From contig OZ244170.1 in NCBI GenBank assembly GCA_965216565.1, positions 2,080,001 to 2,144,000 on the forward strand: a DNA stretch of 64,000 bases, given 5' to 3'. Position numbers and translations under genes: made by a program. The notes under the pieces are model-generated. The model did not search any database. It saw only the letters and a list, made by a program, of their open reading frames with translations, and was not told where the DNA came from. Within the stretch, counting starts at the first letter, position 1. Each line of letters begins with the position of its first letter. The DNA comes from Bythopirellula sp. (GTDB lineage Bacteria; Planctomycetota; Planctomycetia; Pirellulales; Lacipirellulaceae). This document shows, in pieces, positions 8,046 to 18,170 of this stretch.

Positions 8046-8230
8046 AGATTTCTCAGAAACTTTGGGGTAGCTTGAATCGCCCTAGAAACGAGGGTCTTCC
8101 CGAAATTTGTTGAGTTCGAGGAAGCAGTGCAGTTCTCCGCAATGGCTGACTACAGATACACTTGGAACGAGCCGTTGGGGCTTAATCTGCGGGTTCTACG
8201 AACATTTCGCACAATTTGCCTTGAATAGTC

Positions 8231-8256
8231 GTCCATTTTCCCGCCTTTGGGCCGTG
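8231..8256 (+). promoter_or_regulatory. Putative ECF-sigma promoter GTCCA-N17-CGTG for the PEP-CTERM operon
   Basis: GTCCA ttttcccgcctttgggc CGTG atac. Confidence 0.7.
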
Positions 8257-8395
8257 ATACTCAAGAAGAACAGTGTGAAAACACTTATTTTGCTGGGTAT
8301 GGTGCGCTCGAAGGGTCATCAACGATCCCTTAAGTGAGCCTGGGAAAGAACTAATGAACAAAAGCAGCTAACTTTTCAGAGAGGGAGCCTCACCG

Positions 8396-9877
8396 ATGAG
8401 GAATTATCTATTTCTAACAATAACGGCGCTCGGTCTTGCCACATTTCTTAATGGTTCTTCTGCTTCTGCGCAATTTATTGCCGGCTGGGAACAATGGGCT
8501 TCTGGGGCTGGAGTAAAGGATGCAACCCAAACCGACGGATTCACCACAGCCACCACCCTCAACAACATGGGCAACAACAATGGTTTCGGTCTCGATTTCA
8601 CCGGGAACACCGACGGGACTTGGGGAACCTTAGCTGATCCCAATGCTGATGCGACAACAGACGAAAATTCTGATGGTTATCGGCTGACTAACGGTGAAGA
8701 TGGCTCGATCGATTTCATGTTGACAGACACCAGTGGTATCCCCAGAGATTTAAACACTTTTCATTTCGATACCGCCACTTGGAGACCTAACGCTGCCAAT
8801 GATTGGGAACTGTCGGTGATATCAGGTGATCTCACCGTGGGATCGATAGCGACCGGAAACGCTCCGAATGTCACGGGCGGTACCCCAGATTGGTCTGACT
8901 TCGATATCGATCTTACGGGGCTGGCTGACAATACACTGGACGGGAATGGTTCTGTAACGTTCCGCCTTAATTTTACAGGTGGCGTGTTAGGCAGTGCTGG
9001 CCACCATCAGTCGCTTGACAACGTGGCAATCTCTGGCGATGTTCCGACCTTGCCACCTAGCACTCTGCTCGCTGGTTGGGACGTCTGGGAATCAGACGGA
9101 GTCATTTCTCCCTCCTTCACCGAGGCAAATACAACAGGCTTCACGAGCAACAACGGTGGCGTTGCCGATCCCAACGGAAGCGGGTTTGGCCTGGATTTTG
9201 ACGGCAACACCGACGGGACTTGGGGTACTTTAGATACTCCTGCGGCCGACACAACAACAGACGACAACATGGATGTCTTCCGGTTGGTTAATGGTGAAGA
9301 TGGTTCTCTAGATTTCACGATCACCGACACGGGCGGTGTCGATCGAGACTTGGCTATTTTCCATTTTGACTCGGCTACGTTGCGACCAAATTCCTCTCGA
9401 GACTACGAGCTATCGATCGTAGCCGGTGACCTGACTTTAGGCACAGTAGCAACGGGTACCGTGCCGTCTCTTACAGGAGGTGTTCAGGATTGGACCGATT
9501 TTGATATCGTTCTCACCAATCTTGCTGACTTTACCTTGGATGCAAACGGGTCGGTCACTTTCCGGTTGCAATTTACCGGAAGCGATCCGAACTCTTCGCA
9601 AGCTGGTCACCATCAGTACCTAGATAATGTTGGCATTTCTGAGCTAGCGGCTCTCCCTGGTGACTTCGACTTCAGTGGAGTCGTCGATGGGTTGGATTTC
9701 CTTTTCTGGCAAGTAAACCTTGGCGACGCTGCCAATCTCACTCTGTGGGAAAACAACTACGGTAATTCACTGTCTGTAGGGGCATCCACAGCGGTTCCTG
9801 AACCTTCGAGTGCCGCACTCTTGACGTTGTTGACGGCCGGTGTGCTCTCTCGAAGGCGCCATCGTCGGATTCATTGA
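8396..9877 (+). CDS. PEP-CTERM surface protein made of two copies of the locus-specific ~190-aa module
   Basis: Signal peptide; two AGWxxW...GHHQxLDNVxIS repeats; PGDFD..DGLDFLFWQ motif; VPEP + TM + RRR. Confidence 0.9.
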   Translation: MRNYLFLTITALGLATFLNGSSASAQFIAGWEQWASGAGVKDATQTDGFTTATTLNNMGNNNGFGLDFTGNTDGTWGTLADPNADATTDENSDGYRLTNGEDGSIDFMLTDTSGIPRDLNTFHFDTATWRPNAANDWELSVISGDLTVGSIATGNAPNVTGGTPDWSDFDIDLTGLADNTLDGNGSVTFRLNFTGGVLGSAGHHQSLDNVAISGDVPTLPPSTLLAGWDVWESDGVISPSFTEANTTGFTSNNGGVADPNGSGFGLDFDGNTDGTWGTLDTPAADTTTDDNMDVFRLVNGEDGSLDFTITDTGGVDRDLAIFHFDSATLRPNSSRDYELSIVAGDLTLGTVATGTVPSLTGGVQDWTDFDIVLTNLADFTLDANGSVTFRLQFTGSDPNSSQAGHHQYLDNVGISELAALPGDFDFSGVVDGLDFLFWQVNLGDAANLTLWENNYGNSLSVGASTAVPEPSSAALLTLLTAGVLSRRRHRRIH

Positions 9878-9972
9878 TCCTGTTAGTTCACTGTTTTGAA
9901 CCACAGAAATTTCAAATTGTTTGTCATGTTTTTTGATCTAACCTTTTACCACTTTTCTTGAGGAGAAGACTA

Positions 9973-10692
9973 ATGATTTTGAGAGGATTAATTGTAACGT
10001 GTTTAGCGTTAGGCTTGCACGCCAACTGTTCGGCGGCCCTGATCGTGGCTTTTGATCAGGTTCGAAGTTCGAACGGCACTGATCCATTGAACTACGTAGT
10101 GCAAGACAGCGTCGACGTGATCACCACGCGCAGTGGCACCAACTCCTCCGGCGGTTCTGCTACTCCAGGCGTCAACAAAGAAGGCTCTACTGATGGCACA
10201 ATTGGTAGCGTCGCCGCTGCTGGCGTGAGTACTGATACAACAATAAACGGTGAGTCATGGCGTTGGACAAACGGCGCACAGACTGCCAATTTCGACTTCG
10301 ATTTCACTGATACCAGTGGTGCGGCCAGAACTGTATCAACATTCCATTTCGATGGTGGAACGAATCGTCCGAATGTAGCACAGGACTGGGAATTGTTTCA
10401 CGTCACAGGCGGAGGTGATGTTAGCCTCGGCACTGGAACGATTCCTCTTGTTTCTGGCGGCGCACTCCCAGAATACACAGACTTCGACGTTGCTTTGGGA
10501 GGCTTGACGTTACCTGCTAATGGTACGCTCAGCCTGAGTCTTCGCTTCACGAGGGATGATACAAACTCAGGCGTCAGCGGCCATCACGGTTACATCGATA
10601 ACATCGGACTCAGTGTTGTTCCAGAACCAAGCAGCTTGGCTCTGTTGACAATGATGTCCGTCGTCGCGCTCGGCAGAAAACGCCGTTCGTAA
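9973..10692 (+). CDS. PEP-CTERM surface protein with one diverged copy of the module
   Basis: AGGAG RBS before ATG 9973; signal peptide; STDGT...RWTNG...FHFDGGTNRP...GHHGYIDNIGLS; VPEPSS + TM + RKRRS. Confidence 0.9.
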   Translation: MILRGLIVTCLALGLHANCSAALIVAFDQVRSSNGTDPLNYVVQDSVDVITTRSGTNSSGGSATPGVNKEGSTDGTIGSVAAAGVSTDTTINGESWRWTNGAQTANFDFDFTDTSGAARTVSTFHFDGGTNRPNVAQDWELFHVTGGGDVSLGTGTIPLVSGGALPEYTDFDVALGGLTLPANGTLSLSLRFTRDDTNSGVSGHHGYIDNIGLSVVPEPSSLALLTMMSVVALGRKRRS

Positions 10693-10727
10693 CAAGTAAT
10701 TTTGGAATTTGTTAGACACTAATTGAG

Positions 10728-10765
10728 ACAGGTTCGGTGCACTATGCAGCGCCGAACCTGTTTTT
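10728..10765 (+). terminator. Rho-independent terminator inside the PEP-CTERM gene run
   Basis: 13-bp stem ACAGGTTCGGTGC / GCGCCGAACCTGT (one G-U pair) followed by a T-tract. Confidence 0.75.
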
Positions 10766-10781
10766 CGATTGAAGGAATGGG

Positions 10782-13013
10782 ATGTACAGCTTCCGCTTGA
10801 TTCTTGTCCTGCTTATCTGTCAGGCCTGTGGGTTGGCGTTTGCTGTAGAGTACCCCTATTCCAACGTTGGGCCGCAGAGCGCTTCACTAAGCGTCAGCAC
10901 CTTCAACCCAACGCCTTTCAATAGCAAGCTGCTCGGGCTAAACACCAATTTTCCCGAGAATCAGTATGGTAGTGATGGCTACAACGACGCCGATGGGCAG
11001 GCGTTGATCACAGCCTGGTCGCCACCAGCATTGAGGTTTCCACATGGAGTGTGGTCCAACTTCTACGACTGGGAAGTCGATGGTCGCCGAATCTACGACA
11101 ACTACATGGGCACGTACTACAATGCTGTCGTGAATCACCCGAATTTGCGGTATGGATATGACGGCTTCAAAACGCTGCATGACAGTCTGGGTTTCGATGT
11201 TCTTCATACTTGGAACGTGAATTATGACAGTCCCGCTAAAGGTGTTGCCAGGCTTCAGGACCGAAGAGCCGATGGATTTGACGTCAATCGTATTGAGCTC
11301 GGCAATGAGACCTTCTGGGTGAATCAGCGTAGCGAAGCTGTTGCTACTCCCGCACTGTACGTGTCGGTCGCCCAGGCACACTCTGCGGCGCTGAAAGCCG
11401 AGGATCCGAACATTCAAATCTCAGTACCCGTTTCCTGGAGGACGACAGGCCACCATGTGCCTTGGAACGCTGCCCTGGAAGCCGACCAGTCCTATTACGA
11501 CGCAGTCACACTCCATAAGTACATTCGACCAGGCGATTCGACCGCTGGGTTGCAGGAAGTACTCGACGCCCGCGCACAAATGATTCAGACCGCTGAGGCC
11601 ACCCGTGCGCAGTTTCCAGGTAAGCCGATCTGGCTATCGGAGTGGAGTATCGATGGAGGCGATAACGCCATCAGCGTGCTGGGGCTCTCGGATACGTATT
11701 TGGGGCTTATCGATCGACCCGATCTGTTCGATTCTGCCGAATACTTCCAAATCCACAATCACGATCCCTTGGTAATCTACGACAAGAATGCAAACCCCAA
11801 GCACGTGAAGACAACCCGCGGAGCTGGCTACGATATTCTTCGCAACGTGTTCCTCGACAGCGAACTGCTTTCTGGACAGGTCACCTCCAGCGAGATCGTG
11901 CCCGGCTTGGAAGCGACTTCGGCGAAGGCAGTCCTCAGAAATGGAGAACTAGTAGTCTACGCGGTTAACAAATCGCCAGTCAGCGTCCCGTTCAGCCTGG
12001 ATGTCGACAATACTGCCTATAGTGGAGCCTATACCCACGAGACACTACAGTTTAACGACGTCAACGACTTCCCTACTTTTGATCTCGGCGATAGTGGGCT
12101 AACGACTATCTCGTCCACGCCAGGCTCTATCACTCTCCCGCCGCTTTCGATCAGTGTGCTTTCCGGATTCGATCCAATTGAACCGAGCACTCTAGTAGCG
12201 GGTTGGGACACATGGAATGAAGTTGCCCCAGATTCGTGGGACGCTTCTCACTCTGCGGGAGTTTCGGCCCAAGCGGTCGGCACGGCGGAGGCTGGGGGTA
12301 TTTGGTTTAACTTTAGTAATGCAACAGTAGAAAATGGGGCCAGCAGCGATGGGCAGTTTGGAGCGACTGGCCCAGCTGAAGCCGAAACCTCAGTTGCCGT
12401 GAACACCGATGGGACGACTCTGTCCAACGGTTACGATGGGTCGATCGACTTCGTGTTAACTGATACTACTGGGACTGATAGGGCCCTAACCGGGTTTCAT
12501 TTTGATACGGGTGCTTTCCGACCGAACGCTGCCACAGATTGGGAGCTGGAAGTACTGGCAGGCGGCGATCTCACTGCGGGTTCTTTGGCTGCCGGAACTA
12601 CGACCATTAACCAAGGCCCCATACAAGACGATGAATCGATTAGTCTCAACGGACTCGCTGACAACACGCTAGAAGCATTTGGGTCAGTCACTTTTCGACT
12701 TAGTTTCACTGGAGGCGTCGACGGCTCGGCTGGTCACCATCTATTCTTGGACAATGTCGGGATCAGCGGATTTGCTCTTGGATTGCCGGGGGACTTCGAC
12801 AGCGATGGCGATGTGGATGGGCTCGACTTTATTGAGTGGCAAATGAACGACGGCACCGCTGCTGGGCTAGCGGACTGGCAGAACAACTATGGAACACAAT
12901 CACCTCAAGTCGCGGCAGCAGCGACCGTACCCGAGCCATCCTCGATGCTGCTGCTGACGTTGGGGACGATTCTATTTGCGAAGAGAAAAAGGCATGAGCC
13001 ATATGATAAATAA
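10782..13013 (+). CDS. PEP-CTERM-anchored clan GH-A glycoside hydrolase (GH51/GH79/GH39-like TIM barrel + beta-sandwich) plus one module copy
   Basis: LRFPHGVWSNFYDW, IELGNE (acid/base), DAVTLHKY, PIWLSEWS (nucleophile), VYAVNK...ITLPPLS; then module, PGDFD motif and VPEP. Confidence 0.8.
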   Translation: MYSFRLILVLLICQACGLAFAVEYPYSNVGPQSASLSVSTFNPTPFNSKLLGLNTNFPENQYGSDGYNDADGQALITAWSPPALRFPHGVWSNFYDWEVDGRRIYDNYMGTYYNAVVNHPNLRYGYDGFKTLHDSLGFDVLHTWNVNYDSPAKGVARLQDRRADGFDVNRIELGNETFWVNQRSEAVATPALYVSVAQAHSAALKAEDPNIQISVPVSWRTTGHHVPWNAALEADQSYYDAVTLHKYIRPGDSTAGLQEVLDARAQMIQTAEATRAQFPGKPIWLSEWSIDGGDNAISVLGLSDTYLGLIDRPDLFDSAEYFQIHNHDPLVIYDKNANPKHVKTTRGAGYDILRNVFLDSELLSGQVTSSEIVPGLEATSAKAVLRNGELVVYAVNKSPVSVPFSLDVDNTAYSGAYTHETLQFNDVNDFPTFDLGDSGLTTISSTPGSITLPPLSISVLSGFDPIEPSTLVAGWDTWNEVAPDSWDASHSAGVSAQAVGTAEAGGIWFNFSNATVENGASSDGQFGATGPAEAETSVAVNTDGTTLSNGYDGSIDFVLTDTTGTDRALTGFHFDTGAFRPNAATDWELEVLAGGDLTAGSLAAGTTTINQGPIQDDESISLNGLADNTLEAFGSVTFRLSFTGGVDGSAGHHLFLDNVGISGFALGLPGDFDSDGDVDGLDFIEWQMNDGTAAGLADWQNNYGTQSPQVAAAATVPEPSSMLLLTLGTILFAKRKRHEPYDK

Positions 13014-14700
13014 AACGGTTCTGATTGGTTTGATCTTTTCAGTAGTAGCTTGCTGTAACGTACTCTGTTACGCGCAGGGCGTTCTCTACACAGAAGGTCC
13101 GGGTACCAATCCGCCATTTGAAGATATCCGGGACGATATTACGAACGGATACTCGGGAACCGTGATCGATGTGAACAACGCGTTGGTCGAGGGCGGGCTA
13201 TACGGTTCCCTAGGTATCGAAGACAACCTGCGACTCCACACACTCGCGAATAGTTCGATAAGCCAGAGCAACTTTGATAACTGGAGCCGGTGGTATCAGA
13301 CCGATGGGGCGACGCAAATCTTCCGGCTCTTCCCAGGTGAGGAGAATGTTCGCAATAGTCGGCCGCTGGCAGCTCGAGTCGAGGCCTTTGACGCAAACAC
13401 TGGCTGGAACGTCGGCGACGGAGAGTGGCACGACTGGGTTGCTCGCTACACCATAGTAAAACCGATAAACGCGGCGATCTTCCAAGCAAAAGACCAAGAT
13501 GACGAGGCGTGGTCTGTGCATCTGAATATGAATCAGGATGGACGAGTCTCTGTGACACATAGGCGCCCATTGCCGGGGCAACCCAAGACCGAGACTCTGG
13601 TGGAGAATGCAATCGGTCAGCCTTTTGACGTTCGTGTTCGAGACAATGGACTCGACTACGAGGTTTACTTTGGCGACCAGACCCAACCGTTCACGACAGG
13701 GCAATATGTTCGGAATGCTGATCCTGGAGACAATTCAGACACACGATTCCGTTGGGGAATTTATGTTGGAGCCCAGGAGGTCTTAAGCGAAGCGATGATC
13801 TTTGTCAGTCACGCGTCCGTAGACCCAGTCATTGACATTCCTACCGAACCCGACCCGGAATACGGCACGCTCATTGCCGGTTGGGATACTTGGGATAGCG
13901 GAGCTACTCCTACCGCATCTGTCACCGCGGCTGGTATTGCTGCATCGGCTGTTACAACAACTGAAGGAATAAACTGGCATACGACCGACGAACGGGGTGC
14001 CAGCGCTGACGGCGATTGGGGAACTTTTGCGGGTGCCCCTGCAGCAGACACTTCTGTTGCTGATACGGACAATCAAAATCTAGAGTTGTCCAATGCCACG
14101 TCAGGCGGAACGATTACCTTTACGATCACTAACAATGGCACAGAGGACATCGAACTGGACGGCTTTCATTTCGATGCGTATGCCTTCCGTCCCAAAGCAG
14201 CTAGAGCCTACGAATTGAGCGTGGCGTCGGGCGATATCTCGAACGGTGTGATTTATACTTCTAGCGATGATGAGATCACCAGCGTTTCGGGGGCATGGGA
14301 CAACAATGCTCACGACGATATCAGCCATTCCTTGTTGGGACTCACCGACAATGTCCTCGAAGTTGGCGGAACAGTGGATTTTCTACTGGCTTTTTCAAGT
14401 GGAGCAGGCGATGGTACCGGCGGGCATGATCTTTGGGTCGATAATGTTGCCATCACTGCGGTGGTAGACATAGCGGACGGCGACTTCGATGGCGATGGCG
14501 ATGTCGATGGACTCGACTTCCTAGAATGGCAGACTAGCAATGGCACAGCGGCTGGCATAACGGCTTGGCAAGAAAACTATGGAAACCAGCCACCATTGAA
14601 TGCTACCTCCACAGCTGTGCCTGAGCCCAGCGGGATTTTATTGATCGCCATACTTTCTCTCCACCTGACCAACAGAAGCTGCAAGCGGTTGGTGAGCTAA
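13003..14700 (+). CDS. PEP-CTERM-anchored jelly-roll polysaccharide lyase-like protein (PL7/PL28-like) plus one module copy
   Basis: ARVEA, IFQAK and FRWGIY resemble the RxE / QxK(H) / YFKxGxY strands of jelly-roll lyases; then module, GDFDGDGDVDGLDFLEWQ and VPEP. Start likely ATG 13003. Confidence 0.7.
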   Translation: MINKTVLIGLIFSVVACCNVLCYAQGVLYTEGPGTNPPFEDIRDDITNGYSGTVIDVNNALVEGGLYGSLGIEDNLRLHTLANSSISQSNFDNWSRWYQTDGATQIFRLFPGEENVRNSRPLAARVEAFDANTGWNVGDGEWHDWVARYTIVKPINAAIFQAKDQDDEAWSVHLNMNQDGRVSVTHRRPLPGQPKTETLVENAIGQPFDVRVRDNGLDYEVYFGDQTQPFTTGQYVRNADPGDNSDTRFRWGIYVGAQEVLSEAMIFVSHASVDPVIDIPTEPDPEYGTLIAGWDTWDSGATPTASVTAAGIAASAVTTTEGINWHTTDERGASADGDWGTFAGAPAADTSVADTDNQNLELSNATSGGTITFTITNNGTEDIELDGFHFDAYAFRPKAARAYELSVASGDISNGVIYTSSDDEITSVSGAWDNNAHDDISHSLLGLTDNVLEVGGTVDFLLAFSSGAGDGTGGHDLWVDNVAITAVVDIADGDFDGDGDVDGLDFLEWQTSNGTAAGITAWQENYGNQPPLNATSTAVPEPSGILLIAILSLHLTNRSCKRLVS

Positions 14701-14783
14701 AGCGGACACAATGGAATTAATAAAATTCTATGGTGAGGAAAGGAACAACCCTTTAGCAAAGTGCTTCATTCATGGGTTTTAAG

Positions 14784-14810
14784 TGTCCAGAACCCGGGAT
14801 ATGGAACGTT
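14784..14810 (+). promoter_or_regulatory. Putative ECF-sigma promoter TGTCCA-N17-CGTT for the DUF1559 operon
   Basis: TGTCCA gaacccgggatatggaa CGTT ctac. Confidence 0.7.
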
Positions 14811-14870
14811 CTACAAAAGAGTGGTGTATCTATTCTTCATGCCGGGATTCACAGGAATACTAACTGAATC

Positions 14871-15854
14871 ATGACGAACTTAGACATCCGTCACGATCGC
14901 GATAGCTCCAAGGCTTTCACGCTGGTTGAGCTGCTGGTCGTGATAGCCATTATTGGTGTTCTTGTGGCCCTGTTGTTACCTGCTGTACAAGCCGCACGCG
15001 AGGCAGCACGCCGCATGCAGTGCAGCAACCAGCTCAGGCAGATAGGATTAGCCACCCAGAATTACCATGATACCAATCTGAAGCTCCCCATCGCGTCCGC
15101 GGAGGGCACGAATATCAGCTGCCTTGCTCAGATCCTTCCCTTTCTGGAACAGCAAAGCTTGCGAGACTTGGTGAACGAGGAGAGAAGCTGGTCGCACTCT
15201 TCAAACGAATCGGCAAAGCTGACTCTCGTATCCGTGTTTCTATGCCCATCAACCGGGCCCGACCTGGGAGCGTTTCTTACGCAGCCAGGTCAGTCCTCTG
15301 CTTATGTAGAATCAACGCCGCTAAGAGCTCACTACTTTGGAGTGATGGGGGCCAAGTCGGAGCATTGCCCGATCGATTCATCGACGCCTTGGCCTGATTC
15401 CGGCTACGAATTCGTGGAATGCAATCACAGGTCGGGTGGCTATGCGGCGAACGGGGCGATTGCTTTGCGGGAGAATGTCGCGTTCAATGAAATTACCGAT
15501 GGATTGTCGAATACGATGGTGTTTGCCGAGCAGTCGTGGGTATCTCCTGACAATGGAGTTGGCCCCTCTAGGGTCTGGATTGTGGGTTTGTCGGGGAAGT
15601 TCGTTTACAACGCAGAAAATATTTTCAAACCGATGAGGGTTGCATATCGCGACGTACCCGGATCGTCGAACAACAGCAGTGGCTACTTCAATAACGATGG
15701 CAGCATGGGCAGTGAACACCCTGGAGGTGCTCACGTCAATCTAATCGATGGCTCGGTCCAGTTTTTTAATGAGGACATTGATTTGCGAGTACTCAAGGCC
15801 TATGCCACCCGTGCCAATGAAGACAACTTGAATCCAGAAGTCATTGGTTCCTAA
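14871..15854 (+). CDS. DUF1559 prepilin-type N-terminal cleavage/methylation domain protein
   Basis: [42 protein letters not shown] and [14 protein letters not shown] (H-X9-DG). Confidence 0.95.
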   Translation: MTNLDIRHDRDSSKAFTLVELLVVIAIIGVLVALLLPAVQAAREAARRMQCSNQLRQIGLATQNYHDTNLKLPIASAEGTNISCLAQILPFLEQQSLRDLVNEERSWSHSSNESAKLTLVSVFLCPSTGPDLGAFLTQPGQSSAYVESTPLRAHYFGVMGAKSEHCPIDSSTPWPDSGYEFVECNHRSGGYAANGAIALRENVAFNEITDGLSNTMVFAEQSWVSPDNGVGPSRVWIVGLSGKFVYNAENIFKPMRVAYRDVPGSSNNSSGYFNNDGSMGSEHPGGAHVNLIDGSVQFFNEDIDLRVLKAYATRANEDNLNPEVIGS

Positions 15855-15935
15855 AGGTCTAGAAATCTTCTGTAAATGCTTGCGTCCGGCGATGGCGACC
15901 TAGTAGCGGAAGTCACGGTGCTGTTTAGAAATTAT

Positions 15936-15965
15936 CATGACAACGAATACCATGACAACGAATAC
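15936..15965 (+). repeat. Perfect 15-bp tandem duplication CATGACAACGAATAC x2 containing the start codon
   Basis: 15936-15950 is identical to 15951-15965. Confidence 0.9.
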
Positions 15966-16437
15966 ACCAGCTTACCGCTTCCCAATAGCTATCCCACACA
16001 GCTTCGCAAAGCGAAGCTTTCACTATGGATGCTTTGTGTTTTTCTCCAGTGCCTGCACTTTGATAGGGGGTTGCTCGACCCATGATCATCCTTTGGTGCC
16101 TGCAACTGGCACAGTCATTCTCGATGGTAAGCCGCTTACGTTAGGGGTCGTCATTGCGACGGCTGAGAATGGGCGGGACGCGCGAGGTGATATTGCGCCG
16201 GATGGGTCATTCAGCTTAGAAACACGTCCCTGGGGTCAGGGAGCGTTGGTTGGTGTTCACCGCGTTTCTGTCAAGGCATACAAACTGAATGACCCTTCTA
16301 ACCCAGAGTCGATGGGTGTCTCTTTAGTGCCTGCGAAATACACAAATGCCTATAACTCGGGAATCTCAATCGAAGTTACTGAGGATGGAGAAAACGACTT
16401 CCGCATTGAGCTCTCTAGTAAACCCCGTCGACCTTAG
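15937..16437 (+). CDS. DUF1559-associated small lipoprotein (carboxypeptidase-regulatory-like/transthyretin-like fold)
   Basis: LIGGC lipobox-like, GTVILDGKPL, DGSFSL, GALVGVHRVSV, VPAKY and N.F.IEL. Confidence 0.85.
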   Translation: MTTNTMTTNTPAYRFPIAIPHSFAKRSFHYGCFVFFSSACTLIGGCSTHDHPLVPATGTVILDGKPLTLGVVIATAENGRDARGDIAPDGSFSLETRPWGQGALVGVHRVSVKAYKLNDPSNPESMGVSLVPAKYTNAYNSGISIEVTEDGENDFRIELSSKPRRP

Positions 16438-16631
16438 CCGATTCTAGACTTTCTCTTATGGCAGGCCACGCGATAATCGAGGTGTGATAGGTTGAGCAAA
16501 GGTGCTTCCCTCCTGGAAATCTTCCATTCGATTGCCCCAACGTCTTATAAACTCGAATGGAGATCTCTACCAGTCAGGCCTTTAATAATTCCGTTGATCA
16601 CCCAGCATGAGACACTCCGAAGGATACCGTT

Positions 16632-18110
16632 TTGATCTATCGCACTTACTCAATCAGCAAATGGCTAATTCTATTTCTGATAGTGGTTATAGAGTGCAGT
16701 CTCGTTCACGCTGAGCCAATCACGAGAAGTAGCAGGCCGAACTTCCTGATCTTCATTGCTGACGACTTGAACAAAGAATACTTCAAGTGTTATGGCAATA
16801 AGCATACTGCGGCACCGACCACTTCGCGTCTAGCAGCGGAGGGCATGGTATTCGATAGCGCCTTCACTGGGCAGGCGATTTGTACTCCGTCGCGGGCGAT
16901 GCTCTATACAGGCAAATACCCGTTGAGAAACGGGGCGTTTATGAACCATTCGCATGTGTTCGAGGGGACTCGAAGCGTCTGTCACTATCTTCGTGATGCC
17001 TCTTACAACGTCATTCTCTGTGGAAAGTCGCATGTTAACCCAGATAGTGCGTTCCCTTGGACGATTGCCATGGATTCTGTTGAGCCGGCCGGTGATCCCG
17101 CAATGTATACGAGGCCTACGATGCCGCTGGATAGGGTGGAGACCTATTTAGCTAACAAGAGCAATGACGATGAACGCCCCTTCTGTATCATGGCCTCCAG
17201 CTTCTACCCTCATGGGGAGCATCCTCAGAACACCAACTTCACCGCAGATTCGATCAGCGTCACCCGATTTCAAGAAGACAACAGACGGACGAGACAGTCC
17301 GAGGCTAGGTTTAGCCAGGCCGTTCAGAATAGTGACGACGAACTCTCCCAGATGCTTGGCCTCTTGGAGAAGTATGGTCTATCTAGGAACACGATGGTGA
17401 TTTTCGCTTCTGATCATGGGCGTTTCGGTAAATGGTCCGTCTACGACAAGGGACTCAATGTTCCCTTCATTGTGCGGTGGCCGGGAGTTGTTAAGGCAGG
17501 AACAAGAACCAATGCCCTCATTTCTTTTGCAGATGTTCTTCCGACGATGCTAGAGTTAGCAGGCGCAGAACCCGTCGAAGATCTTGACGGCAGGAGTTTC
17601 TTAAGCCTCCTCAACGGTAGTACAACGACACACCAGGACTACGTCTATGGTGTGATGACCAATCAGGGAATTATTAACGCCCATGTATTTCCCGGAAGAA
17701 TGATTCGGTCGAAGCGATACAAATACATTCGGAATTACAACGCGATGGAAGTCGTAGAGCGTCGCGAGAGGGCAGGGGAGAAGTGGATTGATTTCCTAAG
17801 AATGGGAGCTGAACAGCATCCGGGTGTGCCCGAAGAGGAGCTTTTCGATATTCTTAACGATCCAGAAGAGCAAAACAATTTGGCTGCCGATCCGAACTAC
17901 CGCGAAATCAAAGCAGATTTGAAAAAGAAGCTGCAAGACTGGCTGGTTGCTCAGAACGACTTTTTAAGATTGGAAGGACATATGCCTTTCTTGGCTACTC
18001 AAAAACATTTTAGATTGGATTTGTTAAGCCATCCCAAGAATAGAGTTGTGCTGCCCTCCAGTCTGAAGCACTCCCTTGATGGGTATGAGTTTTACACTCA
18101 TCAAAACTGA
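16632..18110 (+). CDS. Sulfatase (S1, N-sulfoglucosamine sulfohydrolase-like)
   Basis: RPNFLIFIADD, CTPSR..LYTG, GKSHV, SDHG and KWSVYDKGLNVPFIVRWPG. Confidence 0.93.
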   Translation: MIYRTYSISKWLILFLIVVIECSLVHAEPITRSSRPNFLIFIADDLNKEYFKCYGNKHTAAPTTSRLAAEGMVFDSAFTGQAICTPSRAMLYTGKYPLRNGAFMNHSHVFEGTRSVCHYLRDASYNVILCGKSHVNPDSAFPWTIAMDSVEPAGDPAMYTRPTMPLDRVETYLANKSNDDERPFCIMASSFYPHGEHPQNTNFTADSISVTRFQEDNRRTRQSEARFSQAVQNSDDELSQMLGLLEKYGLSRNTMVIFASDHGRFGKWSVYDKGLNVPFIVRWPGVVKAGTRTNALISFADVLPTMLELAGAEPVEDLDGRSFLSLLNGSTTTHQDYVYGVMTNQGIINAHVFPGRMIRSKRYKYIRNYNAMEVVERRERAGEKWIDFLRMGAEQHPGVPEEELFDILNDPEEQNNLAADPNYREIKADLKKKLQDWLVAQNDFLRLEGHMPFLATQKHFRLDLLSHPKNRVVLPSSLKHSLDGYEFYTHQN

Positions 18111-18170
18111 CCTTCCAGAGGACAACAGTCACACAATCGACCCTCAGAAGAATGAATAGTGTAGAAGACT

